From: Diplonema japonicum | Lineage: Eukaryota; Protista; Euglenozoa: Diplonemea | Direction: 5' to 3' | Assembly: GCA_964019335.1 (NCBI GenBank) | Contig: OZ025745.1 | Location: forward strand, 1 to 64,000 | DNA: 64,000 bases | Shown here: positions 1 to 10,620 of the stretch, one piece after another | How positions within the stretch are numbered: the first letter of the stretch is position 1 | Layout: each line of letters starts with the position of its first letter | Notes under the pieces: model-generated | Told to the model about the DNA's origin: nothing | The model's database searches: none | What the model saw: only the letters and a program-made list of their open reading frames with translations | Made by a program: the position numbers and the translations under genes

Positions 1-217
1 TTATTCTTAGCACTCCGCATCACCAGACCCGCGAAAAACTTCGAGCTGTCAAATGACGAAGCAACATGGCTGAACAGTACATGCCCCACCACCGACTACG
101 AGCTTTCCCCGCAACCTTACTCAAAGCTCACAAGAGTGCTTCAAATCGTACCTGAAATATCGCTTAACAACAAGGTAGACATCACTGTGAAGTGTTGTTC
201 CGCGTCAAGCGGCATCG

Positions 218-2854
218 TTGACGTCATCATACGAGGCAGCACTGCAGGGTGCCGCGGGGCGCACAGTGATCTTGAGGCGAAACTGTGTTACACAAGAGGC
301 AACTCCCCCCGCAGAAAATGCAAACAACAACACGAGGCCGGACCGTGAACAACAGCTTTCCAACGCCTGCACGCCGCGTGTGCGGAAGAACCAAATTGAT
401 ACGCTTCTGAGAAGGTTCAAGGAGTCCGACAATAAGCACGACGCCGAGGGTGTGCAAAGCCACGTTAATTCACCAAAGCGTCGGGCGAAACTAACACAAG
501 AAGAGCTGTCCTACCTCGCGTGGCAGCTGCAGGAAGAGCACAGGAAAGCGTCCACCAGTACAGATAAACTGAATATTGCACAGAACCTGCTTGAGCTGAC
601 GGATCTGGCAGACAACGAGCTACAGGAAGACCTCATTTCCTCGTCGCTCAGCTCGGAAGCAGTCTCCGACGGCGAGGTCTCCTCACAATGCTCAGATGAG
701 GAATTTAATGACGTTTTCAACGACATGATGAGTGATTCTGCGACGCGGGTGAACGTTGCCGTGCAGCCCGCTCCCGAGTGCGGTACGTCCCCGCGGTCTC
801 CAAACAGGAAGCGCGGGAACGCGTTTTTAGTCTCGAAGAAAGCCTTCAAGACAACGCCCAGCGTCATGAAAGCATTCAAAGAGCAGCTCACCATCCCTGT
901 CCCCCTTGCCTTGTCCGCGGTTTTGTGCATTGTGTGTGCGATATCACGTGAAAAAGAATATCGCCAGCACCCCACGCTTCCACTTGACGAACCTGTCGGA
1001 TCTATGCCAGCCTCCGTTACTCCCGAACCCGAGTTGCTCTCGCAACAGTCCTCCACGAGCAGCGATGCAGCGAGCAGTATTCACGATCAGGAGATCATGC
1101 GTGAGGCATCGGAGTTGGAGAGTATTCATGAAGCCTCGGAGTTGGAGAGTATTCAGGAGACTGACAGCAACATCAGCGAGGAGCTTGCCTTCGTAAAGGA
1201 CATTCAAGAAGAGCTGAGCGAGAAAGAGGAGCAGGAAGAAGTTGAAGCGACACGAGAGGAAACCCCTGTCCCAGTCCCAGTCACTGACACTGAAGATGAT
1301 GAAGTTGAAGATGAAAATGAAAATGAAAATGAAAATGAAAATGAAAATGAAAATGAAAATGAAAATGAAGATGAACGTAGTGTCGCTGAATCCTGTATAA
1401 GTGGTACTGATGCCGAAGATGAAAGCACTGCCCTGTCGGAAGTCTCGTCGTCAGTAGCCTTACCTTCCATAGCAGAGACTGTGGCGTCTGCCGCGAACAC
1501 GCTCTCAGACGAGGCAAGCAGCTTGGTGCAGACTGATCATGAGCAACTACTAGCAGATCTTGAAGACAGCGAAGAGGCCTCCGTGCCGGAGGACATTTCC
1601 GAACCTGTTAGTGACGTGGACACCCCTCGGGACACCCCTCTGGACAGGAGGTTGGGCACCGTCACTTTTATGGCCGAGTTGGAGGAAAAGCCGGTGGTTG
1701 CGCCAGTCGAACACGAGGTGCTGCTTCCCCTGATAAAGGAAGTAATTCCACGACCACCTTCGCTGCTTCATGATAAGCAGCGCCATTCCGCCTTCCTTTC
1801 CACATCCCTTTCCACCTCCATACGGTCGGAGACGGGTATCGAGGTGCGCAACCTGGTGCTCCCCCCTCACGACAGGATGCATCTTGCGTCGGCCTTGATG
1901 GCCATCTTTGGTGAGGTGCGCGACATCACCTTCACGAAGCCAGGGGACAACGAGACAGGGGAGTGGGAGACTGGGATGGGGTACCTCAGGGGTTGTGACC
2001 AGACACACACTAGGAAGGACGGGACGTACGGGGCGGTCGATCTGAGCAGCGCACCCGACGTCATGCGCGTGGAGTTCGCAACGCCGGCAGCAGCAAAGCT
2101 AGCTGTGCGAAACCTGCATGGCGTGGGACTGCTGCCAGGCCTGCCCATCCTTCATGTGAGGCACGTGTTCCTCCACGGTGGCACGCTGCCAAGGAATATC
2201 CGCAAGCCGAGATGGAAGCCCGGCGCCCTTAACAGCAACACGGATCTGTGCAAAGCATGGAACCATGTCGAGCAGCTGCTCCTCGCACCCGAGACTCCCG
2301 ACAGCCCCGAGGAGAGGCACCAGAAGCACTTTAGAAGATATAGGAACAGGGTTCTGAGCAGCAAACGGCTTCGTGCGGTGTTGAACATTTATGTTCGATC
2401 GCTCCAGCGGGAGCCGGTGCTGCCCGAGTACGCCCGTGTGAAGGTGCGGTTTCAGTCCAAACACACAACGAAGGATGTGATGCCGTCGCTGCGTGCCTTT
2501 ACAATGGGTACTACGGCCATCGGGAGACAAAACGGCGTCATCCCATTTCACCGGCTGCAGGTGAAGACGGTGCGTAGGAGAAAGGGAGAGGTTGTGAACG
2601 TGCCGCACCTGCCGCTACTCACCGACACGCTGCACTCGACCGACGAGAAGCACCTTGGCATTAACAAGGCCTTCGTCCTCTCCCTAGGCATCACAAAGAG
2701 AGATGTCCCCCCGGGTGCCCTCTCGTCCACACTCCCTTCGTACCATCAAGAGGCACCACTCCCTGACGAGTGGCTTGCCATAGCCGAGACGCACGGCATA
2801 CCCTCACCACACAGCACCAGAGTAGACCCGCAGGTTAATGTGCTCAGGTGCTGA
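218..2854 (+). CDS. Hypothetical acidic low-complexity protein with a weak RRM-like C-terminal region; 5' end unresolved
   Basis: 878-codon open frame. The first in-frame ATG is only at 726, while frame 1 is open from position 1 to 348, so the true start, an intron or a frameshift lies near or upstream of the window edge. The segment IEVRNL...IFGEVRDI...VEFATPAAAKLAVRNLHG is RRM-like. Confidence 0.6.
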   Translation: MTSSYEAALQGAAGRTVILRRNCVTQEATPPAENANNNTRPDREQQLSNACTPRVRKNQIDTLLRRFKESDNKHDAEGVQSHVNSPKRRAKLTQEELSYLAWQLQEEHRKASTSTDKLNIAQNLLELTDLADNELQEDLISSSLSSEAVSDGEVSSQCSDEEFNDVFNDMMSDSATRVNVAVQPAPECGTSPRSPNRKRGNAFLVSKKAFKTTPSVMKAFKEQLTIPVPLALSAVLCIVCAISREKEYRQHPTLPLDEPVGSMPASVTPEPELLSQQSSTSSDAASSIHDQEIMREASELESIHEASELESIQETDSNISEELAFVKDIQEELSEKEEQEEVEATREETPVPVPVTDTEDDEVEDENENENENENENENENENEDERSVAESCISGTDAEDESTALSEVSSSVALPSIAETVASAANTLSDEASSLVQTDHEQLLADLEDSEEASVPEDISEPVSDVDTPRDTPLDRRLGTVTFMAELEEKPVVAPVEHEVLLPLIKEVIPRPPSLLHDKQRHSAFLSTSLSTSIRSETGIEVRNLVLPPHDRMHLASALMAIFGEVRDITFTKPGDNETGEWETGMGYLRGCDQTHTRKDGTYGAVDLSSAPDVMRVEFATPAAAKLAVRNLHGVGLLPGLPILHVRHVFLHGGTLPRNIRKPRWKPGALNSNTDLCKAWNHVEQLLLAPETPDSPEERHQKHFRRYRNRVLSSKRLRAVLNIYVRSLQREPVLPEYARVKVRFQSKHTTKDVMPSLRAFTMGTTAIGRQNGVIPFHRLQVKTVRRRKGEVVNVPHLPLLTDTLHSTDEKHLGINKAFVLSLGITKRDVPPGALSSTLPSYHQEAPLPDEWLAIAETHGIPSPHSTRVDPQVNVLRC
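1313..1366 (+). repeat. (GAAAAT)9 coding microsatellite encoding (EN)9
   Basis: Direct inspection. Confidence 0.95.
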
Positions 2855-3190
2855 AGAGAAACCTCTCTTGCCGTTCATTCGCTGAGAGTTTTTTTTTTTT
2901 TTTCAGGTGGTGGGATAACATGAAAATATAAGAAAACCATCAGATGTGTTGTTCGCTGTTGACCTCCTCGTCGGTCATCACCGGTAGCGCCCGAGTGGAA
3001 GAACATAATGCAGATGCTCAGGGTGACGAACAGGCAGCAAACTGCACGAGCGCAGAATCTTGGTTACCCGGGACGCACCGGCTGGGGTTGAGCTGTACAC
3101 CGCACGCATTAAGGACACGACGCGGAACGCAGAAGAAGCTACAACTCGGCCGCGGCGCGCCCCTTGTAATCAAGTAGACAGTTCTTGTGC

Positions 3191-3236
3191 AGGGCGCCGC
3201 CAACACCGGCCTCCTTTAACTCATATATTTTTTTTT
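3191..3236 (+). mobile_element. Family-B-like retroelement 3' end (hairpin + TCCTTTAACTCATATA + T-tract)
   Basis: TCCTTTAACTCATATATTTT matches the ends of the LINE copies at 19090-19110 and 59153-59176. The upstream stem is GCCG/CGGC instead of GTCT/AGAC. Confidence 0.65.
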
Positions 3237-3439
3237 GTTTCTTTCTTCGCCGTCTTTTTCCCCCGTCTTTTTCCAAAGGCTTGCATTGTTCTTGCGTTCG
3301 TCAAAAAAAAAAAAAAGTAACGTTCTTTCTTCCTCTTGCCCATACACAACAAGCACCACAGGTCTACTCCACCCCCCACACACCACCCCCCCCCCCCCCC
3401 CCCCCCCCACATTTCTACTCTATTTTTACACATTAAAAC

Positions 3440-4537
3440 ATGACATTCCAAGTTCCTTTACAAAACGTGCAATGGGTGCCATGCCCGATGGTACAGATGG
3501 TGAAGCCTGCAGCCGTGCCTATGGGGTACGGCGTGCACGGGGGCTACCCCATGATGGTGCAGCAGGTACCGATGCCGATAAGCCACCAGGTGCAACAGGT
3601 ACAGCAGGTCCCGATCCAACTGGTGCACCCTCACCCCGTGTTGGCGAAGACTACGGAACAAAAAGAGAAACCGGAAAAGCCCGCTGCGGCACCGGTGGCT
3701 GCGGAGCCGGTTGTGAAAAAAACGCACAATTTCAGCTATGTGGACAGCAACATGACACCGTTGAGGGTGAGCGGGAAAACAAAAGCATCAGGGCTTGCAG
3801 GGGCAATTGCGAAAAGACTCCGCATGTGCCAAAGCGTGGCGGTGGAAGCAATGGGAGCAGAGAGCGTCGCCACCACAACAACAGCACTCGCGCTAGCAAA
3901 GACGTTCATAAGCATCGCAAACCTGTCGCTTCTCGTTCAAGTGGAGAGTATTTCAGCACCATCAAGGTCAGCACGCGAAGAAGCTGACCACCCTGGCCTC
4001 AGATTCATGGTTTCTGCGACACTAGAGGACTCTGTCACCACCTACAAACACGATGCAACGAGAAAGGTCCCTGAAGGTGCGCAGGTGGCAAAAATTGCAG
4101 GAAGCATCTCAAAGATGATCAGAACCACTGGAACAGAAGGTGTGATCTGCATGGGGCTTGAGGGCAGTTCTTCTCGCCTTCTGAACACATCTGTGAAGAG
4201 CATTGCTCTGTCCCGTGCAATGCTGCAGGAAAACAACCTTGATATTGTGTTCCAGCCGTACTTTAGAACACCAGATAAGAGGAGTAGTTTGGTTAATATC
4301 ACATTGTTGGTGGTGGCCAGAAAGCCAGGGACTACGCACACCTTCCTGCCCTCGTGTACTGTTTCATCTGAGGGTTCTGCGTCTGACTCGGAGCACGAGA
4401 CCTCATCGAACTCTACAGGGCCTTCGCGCTGTTCTTTAGACGTCAACGTTGATGAGGAGGATGATGATGGCCCCCCGCTGCTTCTCCCTACTGAAGATAT
4501 TATCGAAGGGTTGAATAAGTACCTTGAGAACTTTTAG
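3440..4537 (+). CDS. Protein with two tandem SpoVS-like (Alba-like fold) domains and a Gln/Pro/Val-rich N-terminus
   Basis: LRVSGKTKASGLAGAIAKRLR..VEAMGAESV..ALALAKTF and RKVPEGAQVAKIAGSISKMIR..SVKSIALSRAML..DIVFQPYF both match the SpoVS pattern (KVS..VAGAIA..AIGA.AVNQAVKAIAIAR). Confidence 0.8.
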   Translation: MTFQVPLQNVQWVPCPMVQMVKPAAVPMGYGVHGGYPMMVQQVPMPISHQVQQVQQVPIQLVHPHPVLAKTTEQKEKPEKPAAAPVAAEPVVKKTHNFSYVDSNMTPLRVSGKTKASGLAGAIAKRLRMCQSVAVEAMGAESVATTTTALALAKTFISIANLSLLVQVESISAPSRSAREEADHPGLRFMVSATLEDSVTTYKHDATRKVPEGAQVAKIAGSISKMIRTTGTEGVICMGLEGSSSRLLNTSVKSIALSRAMLQENNLDIVFQPYFRTPDKRSSLVNITLLVVARKPGTTHTFLPSCTVSSEGSASDSEHETSSNSTGPSRCSLDVNVDEEDDDGPPLLLPTEDIIEGLNKYLENF

Positions 4538-4539
4538 GG

Positions 4540-5369
4540 GAGTGGGAGAAGAATGGGAAGGGAAAAAAAAAAAAAAAAAAGAAAAAAGGCGGGAGGGGTA
4601 TTTATACTTCCTGTTTTTTTTTTTCGCAAAAAAAAAAAAAAAAAAAATGGGGAAAAAGAGGGGGACGGAGGAATGGGGGAGGGGGGGGGAGGAGAAAAAG
4701 AATCCAATTAGGTTGTTCTTTATTCTACTTCCCCCCCCCCCCCCTTTCGGTATCCTCTCCCAATGTTTTTTTTTTCTCTCCCGCCTTTTTTTTTTGTTTC
4801 TCGAGAAAAAAAGCGGGGAGAAAAAAAAAAAGAAAAAAAAAAAGCCAACAAAGAAATCCTATTTTTTTTCTGAAATGAGTTTTCTTATGCACGACTTTTT
4901 TATTTACAAAAAAAAAAATGAAAGGAAAAAAAAAACCAAAATGGGAGGGGGGTATAAGAGGGGGGGTGGAAAAATGAGAATGGAGAAAAACAATTCCCTA
5001 TTTTTTTTCCCCCCCCCGCTGGTGATAGTTTTTGACCCTTTTAGTAAACTCTTGGAAGGTTTTTTTTTCATTTTTTGTTTTAAAAAAAGATTTTATTTTA
5101 TTTTTTTTTGCAGTAATTGTCTTCAGATTACCGCAATTTATTTCTTTTTTTTTTTCTTTGAATTTCACACCACAGATTTTTTGTTATTAGCTTACAAGCA
5201 TTTTAACTTGTATGGTTATGTTTATTATTATTTTTTTTTCCACATTTTCCTACCTCCACCCTCTCATATGAAAGCCCGGTTTACGTTTTTTTTATTTTGA
5301 TTCGCGGAATGCTATTAAAAGAAGGAGGGTCTGGAAGAAAAAAAAAAATCAATATCTGTTGAAAGAGCA

Positions 5370-5406
<37 letters not shown>

Positions 5407-8100
5407 CTTGCCCTGCTTTATTCCATTTTTATATCTTATACAGAAGTAAAGATTTCGGCAAAGAAAAAAGGCAGGAAAAGAAAAAAGCAAGGCAAGAAGG
5501 AGAACATAAAGCAGAAAAGTTGGCCCCCAGGTAAGATGCACATTAAAAGAAAAAAAAAAAGAGTTTTTTTGTGTTCCCAAGAAGGAAAAAAAAACGCATT
5601 CTGTAAGGGGTGTTATTATTTCTTTCGCTTTCTCCTTTTTCTTTCCACCCCCCCCCCCCCCCCCCCCCCCCGGAAGGGAAAAAAAAGAAAAAAAAAGTGA
5701 ACCACCACAACAAAAAAAAAGATTATTATCCCACGAAAAGAACAAAAAAAAAATCCCAGAGATTGAAAGAAGGAAGGGGGACTAGGCAAACACTAAAAAA
5801 AAAAACCCCCACACACCTCACCAACCCCTCAGACACCCGAACTACTGCGACACTATTTTTTTTCTTCTTTTCTTTTTTTTTTTCTTCTTTCTTTTTATAG
5901 TTTCTTCTGAGAAAGGTCATAGAGAATTCAAAAAAAAAAGGGGGGGAGGGAAAGTGCACGCAAAAGGGTTCGTGTTTGTGAGTATTGGTGTCGTCGATCC
6001 CACACTTTTTTTTTTTTTTTTTTTAACAATTGAAAACAAAAAACAATCTTTTTTGTTAAAAAAGAAAAGGGAGGGGGGATTATGGTAGAAGATAAACTCA
6101 GGGAGCGCACTCCAGCTTTTCTTTTTGCTGGAGTTGTAAACAGAATAGCAAAAGCTTGGGTGTGACCCCTTTTTTTTTAAAAAAGATTTCTTCGGCCTCC
6201 TTCTTTTTTTTTTTTTTTTTTCTCCCTCTCTCTACCTCTCATTTTTTTTGAACATATAGTTACGGTGTTTAGCCTAGCCCCCCCCCCCCCCCCCCCCCCC
6301 CGCGTCTTCCTTTTAATTCTTTCTCTTAACAAAAAATTAAAAGAAAAAAGATTTTCCTCTGTTTCTGTAGTTCTATCGAGGTGGGTTTTGTTTTTTTAGT
6401 CGCGCTTTTCACACTACTTTGGTCGCAGCCCAACAAAGAAGAAGAAGAAGAAAAAAAAAAAAGAGCCAAATTCTTCACTTGCAATCAATATATTGGACAC
6501 ATATATTTTTTTTTTTTTTCCCTCTTTTTTTTTTCCCCTAAGACTACTTCGCGAAAGAAAAGGAGGAAAGAAAAAAAAAGAAGAAGAAGGAAAAAAAAAA
6601 AGAAAAAAAAAGCCCCCTGGTGGGTTTGCCACAATTGCAATCACTTTGTCACGCTCTTGTGGTGGTTCCATGAGAACCATGGAAGAGCAGTATATGGTTG
6701 CTTTTTGGGTAGTCGTCACCACGAAAAAAAAAAAAAGAAAAAAAAAAAAAAAAAGGAAAAAAAAACGGGGGAGGGGTGTCCCCTAACTCCCCATGTTTTT
6801 GTATTTCGATTTTCTCCTCCCCTCTTTTTCGTTTCTTGTTTGCCTTAGTCGCATTTGAAGCGTTTTTTTTTTTTTTTTTTTTTTTTTTTTTCCCTTACAT
6901 TTCTTTTTTAAACGGTTGGGGGGTAAACAGGTGAATAAACGAGTTTTCAATTCTCACCGCATTTAACTGCTCGAAAAAAAAAAAAAAAAAAAAAAAAAAA
7001 ACAAAAAAAAAACTGTACAGGAAGGAGAGAGGGGAAAAAAAAAAAGAAAAGAAATGAGTGGCAAAATGGGGCCGTCTGAGCTGATATCTTTTTTTTTTAT
7101 GTAGTATTCTTTTTAAAAGACTTGGAGTAGACCCTTGCTGTCCCTGTTTTTACTTGCACTCTCTTGCTTTTCTCTGCTCATTTTCTCTCTTCTTCTTGCG
7201 TCTTCCCTCCCTCCCCCCCCCTCCCCCTCCACCCCTTTGCCATTTCGGCTGAGGGAAGGTAGCGTGAATGGGGGACATCTATAAAAAAATTAAAAAAAAA
7301 AAAAAAAAAAAAAAAACGAGAATAATAATAATAAAAAAAAGCAGTTTGCTTGCATGGTTTTTCTTTTTTTTTTTCTTTTTTTTTTTCTTTTTTCTTTTTT
7401 TTTTTTCCACGGACCGAGGAAAAAAGGGTTCGGCTATGTCGCTAGGGTTGACGGTAATGTAAGGAAAAGTAATCCCCAAATGCCTCGCCACTTTTAGTCA
7501 TTTCGTCAAACATTTAAAATAACAAGAAATCTTTGGGGGAATGGCTGTTGTCTATGCAAATTTGATGAGGATATGGAAAACAAATTCATGGAATAACGGA
7601 TATACGCAGTAGCTACTTTTATTACCCAACATTTGTGACATAGCAGATACCCCTTTTCCCCCCCCTTTTTTTTTCATCTAACTCACTTTTTTCTCCTTAT
7701 TTGAGGCATTACCGAAAAAGAAAAAAAGAAAACCTCTTTTTTTTTTCTTTTTTTTTTCCCCTATGTTTTCCCCCCCTCCCTTCCACCTTTCTTTCCCGAA
7801 AAAGGAAAGGGTGTGGAAGGGGGAGGGCGGAAAAAGCACAAAAAACGCAAAAGAAAAAAAAGAGAAAAAAAAAACAAAAAACAAAAAAAAAAAAAAAGAG
7901 AAGATACCTCCATGTTGAAAAAGAAAAAAAAGAAAAAAGAAAAAAAAAAAAGCATAAGCCCTTTTTTTTTTTTTTTTTTTTTTTTTTGTCCTGCACTTTG
8001 AGTTTTTTTCCCTTCTTTTTTCTTTCTTTTTTTTCCCCCCCTCTCTTACCTTTTAAAAAAGTCTTTTTTGTTGTTGTTGCTTCGAACTTTAAAAAAAAGA
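4540..8100. repeat. Low-complexity intergenic region of A/T/C/G homopolymer runs
   Basis: Dense poly-A, poly-T and poly-C tracts; the only ORFs are K/F/P-rich artefacts. Confidence 0.85.
7985..8002 (+). mobile_element. Family-A LINE 3'-terminal stub (TTTGTCCTGCACTTTGAG) between T-tracts
   Basis: Identical to the last 18 nt of the family-A copies ending at 14871 and 16385. Confidence 0.65.
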
Positions 8101-9119
8101 AATATGAGCTCGTCCGAAAAAAAATGTCAACACTTTTTTGGGCACCTCCGAAAATTGCTTGTTTTGATTATTTGAGCAAAAAAAGGGCAGCATGCAACCA
8201 TAGGAAGATGACATATATGGTGTACCTGTTGCCGTTCTTTCAATTGCGATGCTTGTTTTGCCATGAGGGTGGCAACCGGCTGCCCCCGGGAAGCGAAAAA
8301 CAGAGGTCAGAAAAACGACGAAAAATGTTTAAAATGCAGTTTAAAAGCTTGAAATGCAGCACCTAGGGTGCATAAAAGTGGTGAACACACACCTTTGTGA
8401 CCTCTGGGCACAACCCAGGGTCGGGTTACTGTTAAAAGTACTTAGCGAAAAATATATGGCGTTGCATAGCCCCCAAAAAACCGGTTTTTTTTAGCCCTAT
8501 TTTTTGCTTTTTCGAGGGGTTCCTAAGGGAATTGCCTGAAAGGCCTATTTTCCTGAAAACCCAATTCTTAACACTTGCCTGCTCAACATCGGTATCTTTG
8601 GGGCCAAATATGCACTATCTGCTGAGGTTTGTCATCTTTTTTCTTACTCATGACAAATTAAAAATTGAGAAGTTTGCTTTTAAAGGGCCCTTAAGGGATT
8701 TTAGCGGCATTGTAGCCTAAAATAGGCAAAAATGGCAGTATTTTCCCCACCCCATTTTAATAGTGATAAAGAGCCCAAACCACCCAAAATGACCCCTTAA
8801 GTTTCACAGATTTCCCATCTGCGTCCATTTCTTCTCGCTTTTCATTGAAGAAAACAAAAATAAAATATGGAGCCTGGCATTTACAATTTCCGGATGCCAA
8901 AAACTAAAAAAAAAACCATTCTAAAAAGCATGTTTTTGCACGCGCGTTTTAGAAATGAAACAAACGGCGCATTGTGACCTATATGGTGAAGCACACTTAG
9001 ACCGCAATTCTGCACACAAAGTGGTGTCGGACTACTTTTGTACTTAGAAGTTTTCCGAGGGTTTTCCATTGCAAAAGAGGGTCATTTGTTGACATTTTTT
9101 TTTCAGACGAGCTCATATT
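8101..9119. mobile_element. Non-autonomous TIR DNA element (MITE-like, about 1 kb)
   Basis: AATATGAGCTCGTCCGAAAAAAAATGTCAACA (8101-8132) is an inverted repeat of TGTTGACATTTTTTTTTCAGACGAGCTCATATT (9087-9119), with 1 mismatch and 1 homopolymer indel. The interior is non-coding and compositionally distinct from the flanks. Confidence 0.75.
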
Positions 9120-9168
9120 AAAAAAAAAAGGGAGAAGGATAAAACAAAAAAACAAAAAAAAAAAAAAA

Positions 9169-9735
9169 ATGAAAATTGTAACAACAATAGTAATGCTGGC
9201 ATTAGTTATCGGGGAAGGGTTAAAATTCGCAGGCGTTCTCAGTCCATGTGTGGCGGGCTGGGGAATATGGTTTGTGGAGGAATCCCTGGCCAACGCAATA
9301 GTGGCATTATTTGGAGTGGGTTTGCTTCTCAAAGGAACGGAGGAGAGCTACGGAAGCTGCGTGGCTCTTCTGGGGTTGGTTTTTTACGCTGTAGTGTGCA
9401 GCATTTCGGGATGGGTTGTTTGGAAACCAGCACTCTGCCGCCCAGGGCTCCTACCACCTCTCTTCGCCTTGCTGACATCTGCCTTCTCCGAGATGTCATT
9501 CACTTGCCACTCCGTTCCCCCTTTAGCCGTCCTTTTACTCGTTGCTATGTATAATACTCCACAGCTTCCTACCTACGCCCCAGCTTGGCTTCTAGGCATG
9601 GCAGCTCCTCCTCCATTTGGCAGCTTTGGTGGGTTCGTGGCAGGTGTTCTCGATCCGATACTGGCCCCTGTCATCCTCCACTATGTGAAGCACACAGGTG
9701 TTGTTGCGGGAGACGAGTCACTACCATTGTTGTAA
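9169..9735 (+). CDS. Hypothetical multi-pass membrane protein
   Basis: 188 aa with several hydrophobic segments; A-rich leader before the ATG. Confidence 0.6.
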   Translation: MKIVTTIVMLALVIGEGLKFAGVLSPCVAGWGIWFVEESLANAIVALFGVGLLLKGTEESYGSCVALLGLVFYAVVCSISGWVVWKPALCRPGLLPPLFALLTSAFSEMSFTCHSVPPLAVLLLVAMYNTPQLPTYAPAWLLGMAAPPPFGSFGGFVAGVLDPILAPVILHYVKHTGVVAGDESLPLL

Positions 9736-9807
9736 TATTTTTTTTATTTATTTTTTTTTTTACACGGAAGCGACGCACACGAAGCCCGTCCCCGGGAACC
9801 GGGCCCG

Positions 9808-10527
9808 ATGATGCGCCCTGCTGCCGGGGAGGAGATGATGGACGACTCCGAAGATGACTTGGGTCCCCCCCCAACTGACGATGACACCGACATCGACTTG
9901 GACGAGGGCCCCGCCGACATCGACTTGGACGAGGGCCCCGCCGACATCGACTTGGACGAGGGCCCCGCCGACATCGACTTGGACGAGGGCCCCGCCGACA
10001 TCGACTTGGACGAGGGCCCCGCCGACATCGACTTGGACGAGGGCCCCGCCGACATCGACTTGGACGAGGGCCCCGCCGACATCGACTTGGACGAGGGCCC
10101 CGCCGACATCGACTTGGACGAGGGCCCCGCCGACATCGACTTGGACGAGGGCCCCGCCGACATCGACTTGGACGAGGGCCCCGCCGACATCGACTTGGAC
10201 GAGGGCCCCGCCGACATCGACTTGGACGAGGGCCCCGCCGACATCGACTTGGACGAGGGCCCCGCCGACATCGACTTGGACGAGGGCCCCGCCGACATCG
10301 ACTTGGACGAGGGCCCCGCCGACATCGACTTGGACGAGGGCCCCGCCGACATCGACGACTGCCTGGGCAAGGGCATCTGCCACGTCTACAACGGGACATA
10401 TCAATGCTGGAAGGGTGTATGCCACTACTGCGGCGGGAACATCACAAAGAACAACCCAGCACAGACCTGCATATTACCAGACTGCAAAAGGGTAAAATGC
10501 CGCGGGTGCGAACAATGCGAACAATGA
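9808..10527 (+). CDS. ORF1-like: acidic (DIDLDEGPA)17 repeat plus Cys-rich putative zinc finger; probably 5'-truncated
   Basis: The frame is open back to the T-tract at 9763 and ends in a CHYC...C..C..C..C cluster. Same reading frame as the RT ORF. Confidence 0.6.
   Translation: MMRPAAGEEMMDDSEDDLGPPPTDDDTDIDLDEGPADIDLDEGPADIDLDEGPADIDLDEGPADIDLDEGPADIDLDEGPADIDLDEGPADIDLDEGPADIDLDEGPADIDLDEGPADIDLDEGPADIDLDEGPADIDLDEGPADIDLDEGPADIDLDEGPADIDLDEGPADIDLDEGPADIDDCLGKGICHVYNGTYQCWKGVCHYCGGNITKNNPAQTCILPDCKRVKCRGCEQCEQ
9889..10356 (+). repeat. Perfect 27-nt tandem repeat, 17 copies plus 9 nt (GACATCGACTTGGACGAGGGCCCCGCC)
   Basis: Direct inspection; no spacers. Confidence 0.97.
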
Positions 10528-10620
10528 CTCCATGAGGGCTCCCCCCAAACCCACCCCCCAAACCCATTCCCTCCGCCCCGTTCCCATCCTTCCAAATACA
10601 ATCCGATACGCTTATCTGAC

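Noticed and set aside
4524-8366. K/F/P-rich ORFs in the ORF track (also 33279-35537 and 38152-39030)
   Set aside because: Translations of homopolymer and (CT)n tracts, which lack stop codons by composition.
9736-9761. Exact TSD for the full-length family-A element
   Set aside because: Both flanks are T-runs with isolated A residues, so boundaries cannot be fixed without an empty allele.
9762-9830. HDV-like ribozyme or Pr77-type signature at the LINE 5' end
   Set aside because: No nested double pseudoknot could be built by eye. The frame is open to the T-tract, suggesting 5' truncation instead.
9889-10356. CRISPR-like array
   Set aside because: Contiguous identical 27-mers with no spacers and no cas genes, in a eukaryotic context.
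9671-10425. Three minus-strand repeat ORFs and the TSTWTRAPP frame
   Set aside because: By-products of a stop-free repeat unit. Only the DIDLDEGPA frame continues into a Cys-rich domain in frame with the RT ORF.
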